A DNA stretch of 64,000 bases, taken from assembly GCF_039654945.1 (NCBI RefSeq), contig NW_027361823.1, positions 15,314,001 through 15,378,000 on the forward strand. Direction: 5' to 3'. The notes below the pieces were generated by a model. The model was given only the letters and a program-made list of their open reading frames with translations, had not been told where the DNA came from and searched no databases. Each line of letters opens with the position of its first letter. Position 1 is the stretch's first letter. This stretch comes from Dendrobates tinctorius. Its lineage: Eukaryota. The position numbers and the translations under genes are program-made. Positions 26,393-40,194 of the stretch are shown in pieces.

Positions 26393-27667
26393 CTGAACTG
26401 CAAATATAACAAGTGACTCACAAAACCCTTAAGGTTCAATCTGTCACAAAGATGTTTTAACTCAAATCAATAAAGGTCATTTAATGGCAGTCAATAGGCG
26501 AAAATAGCAAAAAGTCCTAAAAACTAAAAACTGTGATCACTGCAAGGCATTTCAAAAAAATCTTCCATAGCAAAATATAACTTTCTGAGCCTGAATTCCC
26601 TGGAGTTCTCTTATTTATTGATATCCTGTAGTTGCAGTCACCTTCCTCACCTTAATTTATTGCAGACCTGTAATATATAGGAGTTACTCTGTAATGTGTA
26701 CATAGTTAAGCATATTTTCATAAGCTGTAAATCCTCACTACCGTCAACTGTAATTTTCATTTGCAATTATCATTTCTATAGCTTTCAACTTTACAGGAAA
26801 CCCCCCTGGTCTTTTGATTATTTTCTACGATGTCTTACAATTTATTTAAGCACTAAGATTTATGTTTTATGCGGTTGTTTGATGTTGTATTATTCATATA
26901 AGCAAATAAGTTTTAGATTATTTAACGGCAGGAAAGTCTTTTTGAGATAACCAGAATGTAAAATGAATCGATTGTCATGCTGTGGCTATTCACATAAATG
27001 GACTAATAGATGATGTAGCTTGATAGCCGGCAAGCGCGAATACATTGTTGTCATCTATTTACCACTAAAATTACCCTGCTTGTGAGTTATTTTGGCTTTC
27101 ATTGATTTCAATCCATCTCTTCGATGTTATATTCAGTGGATATAGTATGAAAAAAGCTATGCCAAGGCCATGGGCACCAAACAAAACAGGTTGTTTCAGA
27201 GTCATTCCAGCTATCCTGCATCCAAGTGCTAGTGGGCTTTTGAGTGGACTGAGCATGTAAATAATATACCAAGTGAATTATAAAGTGAAATAGATGAATA
27301 TGGAGCAGTGCTGAATATATGATGAGGTTTTTATGATGAACTCACAGTGTTATCTAAAGTTAAAATTGACTGAGCAAACCTGGAATGATCAACATTTGGA
27401 CATTTAACACAATGTCACATCCATGTCTAAACCTAATTCTGTAACAACTGCCCTGGTGACTAGACAGTGCTGCAGTAACAGGACGGTCACTGCTTGACTC
27501 TGTCAGTGCGTGGGTGTTCATGTTTCAGATTGCTGAGACCAATTCACCCATTGCTTTCACTTGTGTTTTTCTGCATTGAGCTGGTAGGTAATTAGCTCTT
27601 TTGCTGGGAGCCATGGGCAGGCTCCCTTCTATATAATCTCCAACAGACAGTCTGTAGCTGTCAATTG

Positions 27668-27867
27668 GGCTACATTCACACATTCAGTATTTCATCAGTA
27701 CTTTACATCAGTATTTGTAAGCCAAAACCAGGAGTGGGTGATAAATGCAGAGCTGGAAACGTGTTTCTATTATACTTTTCATCTGATTGTTCCACTCCTG
27801 GTTTTGGCTTACAAATAATATAAACAATGTGAAATACAGACCAAATACTAAACGTGTGAATGAGGCC
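27668..27867. mobile_element. Short Harbinger-type MITE
   Basis: GGCTACATTCACAC...GTGTGAATGAGGCC|TTA with internal inverted aagccaaaaccaggagtgg arms. Confidence 0.65.
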
Positions 27868-29525
27868 TTAGTGTATTTAGCTTTTACAACACTCACTTAC
27901 TTGGATTTGACTTGGCTCCTGTGCTCTGCTCTTTTTTATCTCACATGTTCTGACTTTGGCTTGAATTTTGACTACCCACTTGTCCCTTGACATTGTCCTT
28001 GACTTGTCATCTCGGCTTTCATTCTACTAGGCGACCTTTCCTGCCTCTAGTTAACACTTCCGAAAGGCAGCTCTCCACTGGACTTCATAATAAACTCAAA
28101 TCCCTGTACAGGGGTTAAAGGGTGTCAGGGCTCCTTTGGAGTCTGCCAGACAGAGTTGCTTGTGCCAAGTCTATCCGAGGTAGCCTTTTTGAACCTGTGG
28201 CCTCTGATAGACATAACACCTAAGGTTTACTATAATTATCAATAGAATCTTCATTCTTGCATGGGTTCTAAGCAGCTGTATAAGTAATGTCAGCCTCTGT
28301 ATGCACATCCATTGCCACTTTGGCTGTGAGCCAAGCTGTAGAAAACCCCTATTCTTTAATAAAAAGGTCACTTATGTCCATAAATTCTGTCTAGTATTGC
28401 TATATTAAGAAAGAAATTCCAAATTATGACTATGGTCAATATTCCTTCTGTTTTAGAAAAAAAGTTCAAGATAGTCATGCACCTTAAATAATTGTTAGCA
28501 TAATGGTTTTTCAGCTTACAGCTTTTCTTCCTCACCCTCCATAAACTTGGACGCTAAGCTCCACCGAGTATATAAATATTCTAAAAGTGAAAGGGTGAGC
28601 CTGGCCTTCTATCTTGTCGTAATCAGGGATTTAAAACCCATCATGCACAATGTTTTTTCTCCCCATCTACCATTAGGGGAGATTCAGGACACCCCTAAAC
28701 ACTTTTGCTCTCAACAATAGCATACACTTTGGTAATCCTATCCTTGGACAGATGTTTTTACACCCCTTGTATCTATCTAACTCTCTTCTCTGTTCTTCAG
28801 AATATTGCTGTTGTCTAAAAACGCTTCTTGCTTCCATGTGCTTCTTTGCAATCTACAGTAAATGTATAGTATACACCATCTGGAAAGAGAACTGTATCCA
28901 TTTTTCAGTGTTTATGTGCTTGACGCCTAACATGAGCATAGACAATTCTTGTAACATGGCAACTGCTATTGAGAGCAAGCACATTGGATTCGCATATTCA
29001 AAGGAAGCTTTTATGAGATATTCACAAAATGCTTTATTTCCTCTCTGAAACTATGAAAATTGGATCTCTTACAAGAACTAATAATCAGTAAAACTGAAAT
29101 GTTTGCAATATTGACAGCATCTGCAGCTTGCAATATGTTACAAAACTACATTGCTTTTTCCATCAACGCTGCTTTTTTTGTAAATTTTTTATAATCTTCA
29201 ATTTCTATTTAAAGTGACAAATATGCAGTATTTTTGCCTTAGATGTTAAGACTTTGATGTAGTCACTGTATTGAGTCAGGGGACAAATCTTTATGGAATT
29301 TTAGACTAGATATGAGCAGATAGCTTGAAATTCGAATTTGCCGAATTCATCAATTTGTCTAAAAAAATAAAATTTGATTTGCAGCTATTTAAAGCTCGCA
29401 AATCTCAATATTGGAAAGTTGTAATTATTTAAAATATACAAGTGGTGGAGACAAGAGAGAGAGAGAACCCAGCTGATAATAAGACCTTACACTCTATAAA
29501 AGAGAGATGACCTTGCTGATTTTCA

Positions 29526-29884
29526 GGGTACGTTCCCACGTTAAGGATTTGCTGCAGTTTTGATGCTGCATATTTATGTGGTGGCCAGATGTTGCCAGGA
29601 TGTTGTTGGATAGGATTTCTAGAAATCCCATGTCCACTGTGCATCTATGTGCACCTCCGGATCACCCGTGGAAATTGACATGCCATGCGTCTTTCAGATC
29701 TGCAACATGTTAATTTCTCTTGCGGATACCACACACATTTTTCTTATAGACTTGGATTAATGAGGAAAATCTGCATGTATAAAAAAAAAAATGCACGTCT
29801 GCTAATTTTCATAAAAGGTGCGGAAATGGTGAGAACATTTTGAACATCAAATCCGCAACAAATCCTGAACAAGTGAACATACCC
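29526..29884. mobile_element. Harbinger-type MITE, degenerate
   Basis: GGGTACGTTCCCAC...GTGAACATACCC termini with inverted aggattt/aaatcct. Confidence 0.55.
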
Positions 29885-30093
29885 TATGAACTTACACTTA
29901 ACAGAAACAAGAGAATGACCCAGTGAATGTAGATTTAAAATTACATTGCCATACAAACTTTGCTCCACAGGGAACCACTGACCTATGATAACCCATATCT
30001 GTTACAGGGCATTATGGTGAAGCCCGCGTGGCCACACAAGAAGACATTAGCCCATTCTATGATACTTCAGCAGTGTGGAAAATGGTTCAGGGC

Positions 30094-33000
30094 TAGTGTT
30101 GAGCATTCTGATACAGCAATATCGGGTATCGGCCGATATTCGCGGTATCGGAGTTCCGATACTGAGTTCCGATACTTTTAGAATATCGAACACCGGAATC
30201 GGAGGTTTCCATAATGCAATTGCCAGTTTGATTTTATTCAGCCAATGAGGAATCCTAAGAAGTGTGGGCACATCCTGTTATGCATGTTAGGAATGTTAAC
30301 TAATGGCATGGCTGTGATTGGCTGCTGAAATGAAGTCATGATGAACTATAATAGCTGCCGCCGCCATTTTGGGTTCACTCTGCTGTGAATTTACTTAGGG
30401 ACAGGACGCTGCTGTTCTGAATCTGAGGGACAGTTTGAGCTAGCGATTTGCTTTATTGTGCTTTACCCAGGCTACTTTAGCAACTGCTGTGTGAGAAGCT
30501 TTCTTTTGCCTTGCAGCGCTGTTCACGGCTGTCTGCGAGGTCTCTGTGTGTGAGTGAAGCTCACGCTGTAGTGTGTTCTGCAGCTACCTCTGGTTGTAGT
30601 CCGCTCAGCGTGCGTCACTGCCTAATACATTGTCCTTTTTGCATTAGTGCTGCACATTTTTCCAGATTTCTCCTATTAGTGTGGTTCCATCCGTATCCAG
30701 CTAGAATATTTGCAAACACTATATTGGAGTAGATAGAGTAGCCTTTCTGCTGGCTTGTGCCCTGCAGCCCCAGCCAGATTAGTATTAGCCTATTTTTTGG
30801 AGCCTCATCTATGGCATTGCAGGTTGCCTTCCTGCATTGTAATAGCTACAAAAAGCTTGTGACACTATCGGTTTTACATCTTTGGGCACATCCAGTGTCT
30901 TTTTGTGAAAAAAAAAGTTAATAAAGTTCACCAAACAGTCCACTTTACATTTGTGTAGGCCACATTAGCTCTTATTAAAGTGTAGTCCACACACTTTATA
31001 AAATTAGTGTTTCTTATACCTGTTAGCAGCTGTTCAGGAATAAGCACACTAAGCCCTTAGTAATTTTCTTTATCAGTCTACCAAGATGAAGAAGGCAGGG
31101 AGTAAGGCACGTGGTCGTGGGCGTGGAGTTTCTGCAGGGAGAGGATGTGGGGAATCTGTGCCTGCTGCGGGCACCAGTGACTCAGCATCACCCAGTTTTA
31201 CCAGGGAACAGTCCTTTATGCACAGCTTTGTAGGAGATCGCCGTACCCCACTGCTGCAAGACAAACAAATTGAAGCTGTTGTCGGATGGATGGCAGCTAA
31301 CGCATCAACTTCAATTAGTTCCAGATCCTCTCAGGTCCAGAGCACTGAAGAGCACCCATCTGTCTCTTCACCACCTGCCAAATTGCCCAGGCAGTCAGAG
31401 AGCCCTGGACAGGAGCCATCTCTACTTCTGTTCTCTGAATCTGTTGGCTTGGAAAGAGGGGGCCAGCCAAGCAGCATTCGAGAATTTGAAGAAGAGGTAG
31501 TATGCTGTGATGCGCAGCAGCTTTGTCTCTCTGAATCTGAAGAGGCGAGTGGGCCAGTGCCTATGGTCACCACACCTCAGTACGCGTGTGATGATGAGAC
31601 TCAGATGCCACTTTCTGGTGCGTACTGTGCTGTAGAGACAGCCCAGGAGAAGCAGTCATTTGAAGAGGGTAATGTAGATGATGAGGTCCTTGACCCATCA
31701 TGGCGTGAGGTACAGGAAGGTGGTGGGAGCAGCTCTGAGGAAGAGATTCCCCAAATGGCCAAAAAAGGAGGGAGAGGGAGGGGGCAGACTCGGTTGCCTG
31801 TTGCCTACACTTCGGCACCCATTAGGAGCATGCCTCTTCCAAAACCCAAAACGGACCCTCCCAAGACTTGCAGTGCCCGGTCCTTTTTTGACACAGTTGC
31901 AGATGACATTTGCTTTGTCAAATGCAATCTGTGTAATCAGAAAGTCAAAAGAGGGAAAAGTGTCCATCCTTAATACCACAAAAATGTGGAAACATGTGCG
32001 GACCAAACACGTGGTGGAGTTACAAAGACACACTGAAGACCTAGGCCAACCTACAGCGCCACCTACCACCTCTTCAGCTCGTGTTGTAGCCTCTTCCTCC
32101 AGCTCACACACAGCTGGTTCAGCTTCCTCACAGGATCGCCATGGAAGAACCACCGGCACTGTTGTACAGAGACACAATGTCATTCCACCCACAGCACCAC
32201 ATTCCCTGTCATCCTCACACTCCCAGGCCAGTCTACAGCCATCGGTAGCACAGGCATGGGAGAAAAGGCACCCATACTCGGCAAACCACCCCCGAGCACA
32301 GGCTCTGAATGCTGGCATTGCAAAACTACTGTCCCTTGAAATGCTCTCGTTCAGGCTGGTGGAGACTGACACCTTCTGTAACTTCATGGCATTGGCAGTC
32401 CCACAATACAACATGCTCAGCAGCTTTTATTTCAGCAGGCAAGCCGCCCCTGCCCTGCAAAAGCATGTGGAGGGAAAAATTAAACATGCGCTACTAAACG
32501 CCGTCAGTAGCAAGGTCCACCTGACCACAGATGCGTGGACCAGTAACCATGGACAGGGACGATATCTTTCCCTCACTGCCCATTGGGTAAATGTTGTGGA
32601 GCCAGGTACAGGTCTTGAGAGTGGCGCTGTACGTGTTCTGCCAACTCCAAGGATTGCAGGAATCCAGTCTGTACACATTGACTCCTCCTCATACTCCAGT
32701 TCCTCTCAATCAGCGCTGCAGTAGCCGTCACAGTCTACCTCCACATGGACCCGTGAACTCTTACCTGTTACGACCGATATGAGCCCAGCCGTGGCCAAAC
32801 GTCAACAGGCCTTATTGAAATTAATTTCTTTAGGGAATCGAAGCCACAAAGCGCAGGAGCTCTGGAATGCCATCAAACAGGAGAGCGACGTGTGGTTTGT
32901 GCAAGCGAATCTCCAGCCAGGCAGGGTAGTGTGTGACAATGGCTGAAATCTGGTGGCAGCTCTGGGCCTAGGCAACCTCACTCACATCCCTTGTATGGCA

Positions 33001-34530
33001 CATGTGCTCAACTTGGTCGTGCAGAGTTTTTTGAGGGACTATCCGGATCTTGATGCACGGCTGCACAAGGTCCGCATAGAGTGTGCTCACTTGCGACGTT
33101 ACAGCATGGCAAGATCGCGCATTGCAGCTCTGCAGCGCCGATTCTGCCTTCCAGAACATCGCATCATATGTGACCTACCCACCAGGTGGAATTCAACGTT
33201 ACATATGTTGGAGAGGTTGTGTGAGCAGCAGGCAGCAGTAATGGAGTACCAGCTGCATCAGGCACAAACAAGTCGCACTGCACGCCGTTCACACTTCACC
33301 ACCACTGAGTGGGCCTCTATGAAGGACATCTGCCACGTTTTGCGTGCCTTCGATGATTCCACGCGGATGGTGAGTGCAGATTATGCACTAGTCAGCATGA
33401 CTATCCCCCTTATCTGCCTGCTTGAAAAAACACTGCAAGCACTAAAGGAGGAGGTTGTGGAAGAGGTGGAGGATGAGGAGTCACAAATGCCATCTGCTTC
33501 TGGATAGTCTGCGCAACGTGGTTCCTCACAAAGGCCTAGGCAAGGGACACTTTGTGAGGAGGATGAGGAGGAGTCAATGGAGGAGGAAGACATCTGTCCA
33601 GAGGCGGGAGGTACACAATGCTCTAGTAGTCAGTATGTAGAGCGAGGGTGGAGTGATGCAGAGCAGGCAGAGATGATGCCTCAAGCAGCGGACAGCATTT
33701 CCTGGCCAGTTGGCAATCTGCAGCACATGGTTGATTTCATGCAGCAGTGCCTGAGAAATGACCGCCACACCGCCCACATTCTCAACACGGCTGATTATTG
33801 GGTGTACACCCTCCTAGATCCTCTCTACCGAGACAACTTACAAAGCCTCATAACACCGTTGAACCGGGAGCTTAAAATGCGGGAGTACCAAGACACACTA
33901 GTGCGCTCCATCATGTTCTCCATTCCACCCGAGAGCAGTGCTGCTAGTGCTTTACAAAGCAGCTCAGTGCGTCGAGGCAGTGGAGGAAGCTCTGCACAGA
34001 GGGAGCAGAAGCAGCGCCTCAGCACAAGGCAAGACCAGTATGGCTCAAATATGGCAAAGTGTTGCGTCCCCGCCACAAATGTCTACACCATCACAGATGG
34101 CTCCAGTCAGCAGGAGGCAATGTTTCTGTCAGATGGTGACAGACTACTTGTCTTGCCCTCTCAGTGTTCTCCCACATGGCTCTTCCCCCTTCAAGTTTTG
34201 GGTCTCTAAGCTGGATACATGGCCAGAGCTTAGCCAGTATGCATTGGAGGTGCTGGTTTGCCCTGCTGCAAGTGTATTATCGGAACGTGTCTTTAGTGCC
34301 GCAGGTGGTGTACTAACAGACCGTCGCATGCGACTATCCTCCGATAATGTTGACCGGCTTACTTTTCTGAAAATGAACAAGGCCTGGATCTCGCAGGAAT
34401 TTGCCAGTCCTCTTCCAGATTAAATAATTGGTTGGCAACAGTATCCAGGCCTCCTGTTGTGCTCATGTTTCTACCACCTGAACTGCAATCCCTGGGCTCC
34501 AACACCACCAGTTGCTGCTCAGAAGTGCCG
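30094..34530 (+). mobile_element. hAT transposon family A (autonomous type), right end missing
   Basis: The left TIR TAGTGTTGAGCATTC and subterminal CCGATAC repeats match the non-autonomous elements. A transposase follows, and the sequence switches abruptly to satellite at ~34531. Confidence 0.9.
31086..34423 (+). pseudogene. BED-finger hAT transposase A, inactivated
   Basis: Motifs in order: MKKAGSKARGRGRG, BED finger (VKCNLC...MWKHVRTKH), LTTDAWT, CDNG, CMAH, PTRWNST, CPAASVLSERVFS. There are frameshifts near 31965 and 34005 and stops at 32722, 32944 and 33505. Confidence 0.93.
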
Positions 34531-37500
34531 TTATTTTACCAAGGGTATAAGGAGAAATTGAACTGGAAAAGTTATTGTGCAATTTGTCCTGAGTACGCTG
34601 ATACCTGATATGTGGGGGAACCACTTTTTCGGCGCATGGCAGAGCTCAGAAGGGAAGGAGCGCCGTTTGACTTTTTCAATGCAAAATTGGCTGGAATTCT
34701 GATCGGACGCCATGTCACGTTAGGAGAGCCCCTGATGTACCTAAACAGTGGAAACCTCCCATAAGTGACCCCATTTTGGAAACTAGACCCCCCAAGGAAC
34801 TTATCTAGATATGTGGTGAGAACTTTGAACCCACAAGGGCTTCACAGAAGTTTATAACGTACAGAGGTACAATTAAAAAATCATATTTTTTCCACAAAAA
34901 TGATCTTTTCACCCCCAATTTTTATTTTTCCAAAGGTAACAGGACCCTAAAAGCTATTGTGCAATTTGTCCAGAGTATGCTGATACCCCATATGTGGGTG
35001 TAAATGACTATTTGGGCGCATCGCAGAGCTCGGAAAGGAAGCAGCGCCATTTGACTTTTTTGGCAGGAATTGAGATCGGACACCATATTGTGTTTGGAAA
35101 GCCCCTGATGTACCAAAACAGTGGAAACCCCCTACAAATGACACAATTTTGGAAACTAGACCCCCAAGGAACTTATCCGATATGTGGTGAGAACTTTGAA
35201 CCCACAAGGGCTTCACAGAAGTTTATAACGTACAGCGGTACAATTAAAAAATCATATTTTTTCCACAAAAATGATCTTTTCACTCCCAATTTTTATTTTC
35301 CCAAGGGTAACAGGACACTAAAAGTTATTTTGCAATTTTTCCTGAGTATGCTGATACCCCATATGTGGGGGTAAACCACTATTTGGGCGCATGGCAGAGC
35401 TCGGAAGGGAAACAACACCATTTGACTTTTTTGGCTGGAATTGAGATCGGACACCATGTAGCGTTTGGAAAGCCCCTGATGTACCTAAACAGTGGAAACC
35501 CCCCACAAGTGACCCCATTTTGGAAACTAGACCCCCTAAGGAACTTATCTAGATGTGTGGGGAGCACTGTGAACTCCCCCAGTGCTTCACTGAAGTTTAT
35601 AACGCCCGGGCGTGAAAATAAAAAAATCGTATTTTTTCCACAAACATGATCATTTAGTACCCTTTTTTTATTTTCCCAAGGGTACCAGGAGAAAATGGAC
35701 TCCAAAAGTTGTTGTACAATTTGTCCTGAGTACAATGATACCCCATATGTGGGAGAAAACTACTGCATGGGCACACGACGGGTCTCGGAAGGGAAGTAGT
35801 GATGTTTTGGAATGCAGACTTTGATGGAATGGTCTGCGGGTGTCATGTTGCCTTTGGAGAGCCCCTGATGTACCTAAACAGTGGAAACCCCCCACAAATG
35901 ACACCATTTTGGAAACTAGACCCCCTAAGGAACTTATATAAATGTGTGGTGAGCACTTTGAACCCCCAAGGACTTCACAGAAGTTTATAACGCCCGGGCA
36001 TGAAAATAAAAAAATCATATTTTTTTTTTACCACAAAAATGATATTTTTGCCCCCAATTTTTTATTTTCCTAAGGGCAACAGGATAAATAGGACCCCAAA
36101 AGTTGTTTTGCAATTTGTCCTGAGTAGGCTGATACCCCATATGTGGGGTAAAACACTGTTTGGGCGCATGGCAGAGCTTGGAAGGGAGGAGCACCATTTG
36201 ACTTTTTCAACACAGAATTGGCTGGAATTGAGATCAGACGCCATGTTGCATTTGGAGAGCACCTGATATGCCCAAACAGTGGAAACCCCCCAATTATAAC
36301 TCCAACCCTAAACCCAACACATCCCTAACCCTAATCTCAGCCCTAACCCTAGCCCTAACCCTAACCCTAGCCCTAATGGGAAAATGGAAATAAATACATT
36401 TTTTTAATTTTATTATTTTTCCTTAACTAAGGGTGTGATGACGGGGGGTTTGATTTACTATTTATGGCGGTTTTTATTTTTGGCAGCTGTAACACGCTAA
36501 AAGACGCTTTTTATTGTAAAAATATTTTTTGCATAACCACATATTTAGAGCTATAATTTTTCCGTATTTTGACCCACTGAGTCTTGTGAGGTGTTATTTT
36601 TTGCGGGATGAGTTGACGTTTTTATTGGTATCATGTTTGGGCACGTGACATTTTTTGATCGCTTTTTATTCTGATTTTTGGGACGCAGAATGAGCAAAAA
36701 CCAGAGTTTCTGGAATTTCTTTTGGGGGGTGCGTTTATACCGTTCCGCCTGACGTAAAATTGATAAAGCGGTTTTATTCTTCGGGTCAGTACGGTTACAG
36801 CGATACCTCATTTATGTCATTTTTTATGTTTTGGTGCTTTTATGCAATGAAAACAATTTTATATAAAAAATAATAATTTTTGCATCACTTTATTCTGTGA
36901 GCTATAACTTTTATATTTTTTCTCTGATAATGCTGTGTAGTGGCTCGTTTTTTGTGGGACAAGATGACGTTTTCAGCAGTACCATGGATATTTATATGCG
37001 TCTTTTTGATCACGCGTTATTGCACTTTTTTTCGGCGGTATGATAATAAATCATTATTTTTTGCTTCGTTTTTTATTTTTATTTTTTAAGGGGTTTGCTA
37101 AAGGTGTTAACTAATGGGACTGCTTTATAGGGCAGGTCATTTCGGACGTGGCAATACCAAATATGTGTACTTTTATTGTTTTGTTTTTTTATTTCCAAAA
37201 AATGAATTTATTAGGGAATTTTTTTTTTTTTTTAATTTATTTAGCGATTTTTAAAAAATTATTTTTACACCTTTTTTTTAACTTTATTAGGTTGTCCCAG
37301 GGGGGACATCACTGTCCTGTGACAGATCGCGGATCTGTCACATCACAGATCACTGTGACAGATCAGCAATCTGTCACAGGCAGTGCACAAGGCTTCCTCA
37401 TGCCTGTGCTTTGCATGCACTTAGGAAGCCAGCTCCCTGCAGGCCCCCGAAGGTCCCTGTCGCCATCTTGGATCCAGGGACCTGCAGGGAAAGAGCCCCC

Positions 37501-37734
37501 CGCAGCAGCGCTGCACATTGTGCTGCTGTGGGGTACTCAGGGAAGCATGGAGGGAGCCCCCTCCCTGCCGATGCTTCCCTTTAACCCCAGGTACACCGCG
37601 ATCATGTTTGATCGTGGTGTGCAAGGGGTTAACGTGTCGGGGGTGGTCCGTGACCGCCCCTGACACATAGTGCCGGGTGTCAGCTGTGATAATCAGCTGA
37701 CAACCGGCCACGATTGCGCTAGACGTACTATCCC
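34531..37734 (-). mobile_element. Truncated inverted copy of the large piggyBac-like satellite-bearing element
   Basis: Reverse-complement homologous to 46969 onward, including the GC-rich end, AT-rich body, CCCTAA tract and ~370-410-bp repeats. Both termini are lost. Confidence 0.88.
36303..36376. repeat. Telomere-like (CCCTAA/CCCTAG)n tract
   Basis: ccctaaccctaatctcagccctaaccctagccctaaccctaaccctagccctaa. Confidence 0.85.
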
Positions 37735-38550
37735 TAAACATCTCATATGCATTAAATGAGCAATAATTAATGTGGCTAAACTCAGAAAGGCAAACTCTTT
37801 CTTTTAAGTAAAGGCTTTGTTAGCTCTTGTAATTTTTTTCATAGATACCACTTATTTTGATTGAAAATATCATGTCTCCAGTAGGCTGATATCAGTGGGA
37901 AAAAAAAGATCTGTGTAACATTGCTACTTGAACCTTCTCAAGCAATCTCGGCTTTTGTCACTAGGCACCCGTACTCACTATTAGAGTTGAGCGAAACAGG
38001 TCGAAAAATTTCAAAAGTCGCTGACTTTTGTCAAAGTCGGGTTTCATGAAACGAAACCCGACCCTAGAATGAGGTCGGCCACGAGGTCGGCGACTTACGC
38101 GCCAAAGTCGCGTTTCAAAAGTTTGTTTTGCGCTCTTTTACAGCCAATCAGGATCCACGGACACTGTGGGCAACGTGATGACATAGGCAGGGGTCACCAC
38201 CATCTTTCAGAAGGGTATGCAAGTGATTGGCTTGCTTTGGTGGGCGTCACAGGGGGTATAAAAGGGCGTGCACGCCGACCGCCATCTTACTTCTGCCGAT
38301 ATCAGTATAGGGAGAGGTTGCTGCTGATTCTGTAGGGAGAGCGTTAGGCAGGGAAGAAGACAAAAAAACTGCTTCTGCTGCTAGCGATTTGGCCTGCACA
38401 ACACACAAGTCACTGTGTGTGAAGTGCAAGGGGAGGATATATTGTGGTGTATCAGTGGTGTTGGTTGTTGGGCTGCCTTTTAAGGCTTCCTGACAGGCTG
38501 GCATTGCTGTTTACCCACTGCTCCGCAAACTGCTTTTTTAAAAGCAATCC

Positions 38551-40120
38551 AATCTCCCTTATCCTGTAGTCACTTTGGTCACAGCTGTGCCATCGAGCCT
38601 GTCACATAGCGCTCAGATATTCATTGGGCCTCACACAATCCACAAGTGTCCAGTGTCCAAAAGTGTGTGCAGAGATTCAAAATCTCCCTTATCCTCTCGT
38701 CACTTTGGTCACAGCTGTGCCATCGAGCCTGTCACATAGCGCTCAGATATTCATTGGGCCTCACACAATCCACAAGTGTCCAGTGTCCAAAAGTGTGTGC
38801 AGAGATTCAAAATCTCCCTTATCCTCTCGTCACTTTGGTCACAGCTGTGCCATCAAGCCTGTCACATAGCGCTCAGATATTCATTGGGCCTCACACAATC
38901 CACAAGTGTCCAGTGTCCAAAAGTGTGCGCAGAGATTCAAAATCTCCCTTATCCTCTCGTCACTTTGGTCACAGCTGTGCCATCGAGCCTGTCACATAGC
39001 GCTCAGATATTCATTGGGCCTCACACAATCCACAAGTGTCCAGTGTCCAAAAGTGTGCGCAGAGATTCAAAATCTCCCTTATCCTCTCGTCACTTTGGTC
39101 ACAGCTGTGCCATCGAGCCTATCACATAGTGCTCAGATATTCATTGGGCCTCACACAATCCACAAGTGTCCAGTGTCCAAAAGTGTGCGCAGAGATTCAA
39201 AATCTCCCTTATCCTCTCGTCACTTTGGTCACAGCTGTGCCATCGAGCCTGTCACATAGCGCTCAGATATTCATTGGGCCTCACACAATCCACAAGTGTC
39301 CAGTGTCCAAAAGTGTGTGCAGAGATTCAAAATCTCCCTTATCCTTTCGTCACTTTGGTCACAGCTGTGCCATCGAGCCTGTCACATAGCGCTCAGATAT
39401 TCATTGGGCCTCACACAATCCACAAGTGTCCAGTGTCCAAAAGTGTGTGCAGAGATTCAAAATCTCCCTTATCCTCTCGTCACTTTGGTCACAGCTGTGC
39501 CATCGAGCCTGTCACATAGCGCTCAGATATTCATTGGGCCTCACACAATCCACAAGTGTCCAGTGTCCAAAAGTGTGCGCAGAGATTCAAAATCTCCCTT
39601 ATCCTCTCGTCACTTTGGTCACAGCTGTGCCATCGAGCCTGTCACATAGCGCTCAGATATTCATTGGGCCTCACACAATCCACAAGTGTCCAGTGTCGAA
39701 AAGTGTGCGCAGAGATTCAAAATCTCCCTTATCCTCTCGTCACTTTGGTCACAGCTGTGCCATCGAGCCTGTCACATAGCGCTCAGATATTCAATGGGCC
39801 TCACACAATCCACAAGTGTCCAGTGTCCAAAAGTGTGTGCAGAGATTCAAAATCTCCCTTATCCTTTCGTCACTTTGGTCACAGCTGTGCCATCGAGCCT
39901 GTCACATAGCGCTCAGATATTCATTGGACCTCACACAATCCACAAGTGTCCAGTGTCCAAAAGTGTGTGCAGAGATTCAAAATCTCCCTTATCCTCTCGT
40001 CACTTTGGTCACAGCTGTGCCATCGAGCCTGTCACATAGCGCTCAGATATTCATTGGGCCTCACACAATCCAAAAGTGTCCAGTGTCCACAAGTGTCTGC
40101 AGAAATTCAAAATCTCCCCT
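38551..40120. repeat. 130-bp tandem array, 12 near-identical copies, upstream of transposase B
   Basis: The unit AATCTCCCTTATCC...AGAGATTCAA recurs every 130 bp from 38551 to 39981, with a partial copy at 40111. Confidence 0.97.
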
Positions 40121-40194
40121 GTCCTATAGACACCTTGTACCTTGTTTTACATTACTATATAGTTTGTTGGATTTTGTCTACATTTCTACCAAAA

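Noticed and set aside
27413-28218. Possible solo LTR (TGTCA...TAACA) around the 27668 MITE
   Set aside because: No TSD or second copy was found in the window to support it.
38551-40120. 130-bp array as a CRISPR array or as repeated 117-aa genes
   Set aside because: The units are contiguous and near-identical with no unique spacers and no cas genes, in a eukaryotic context. The ORFs are by-products of the repeat period.
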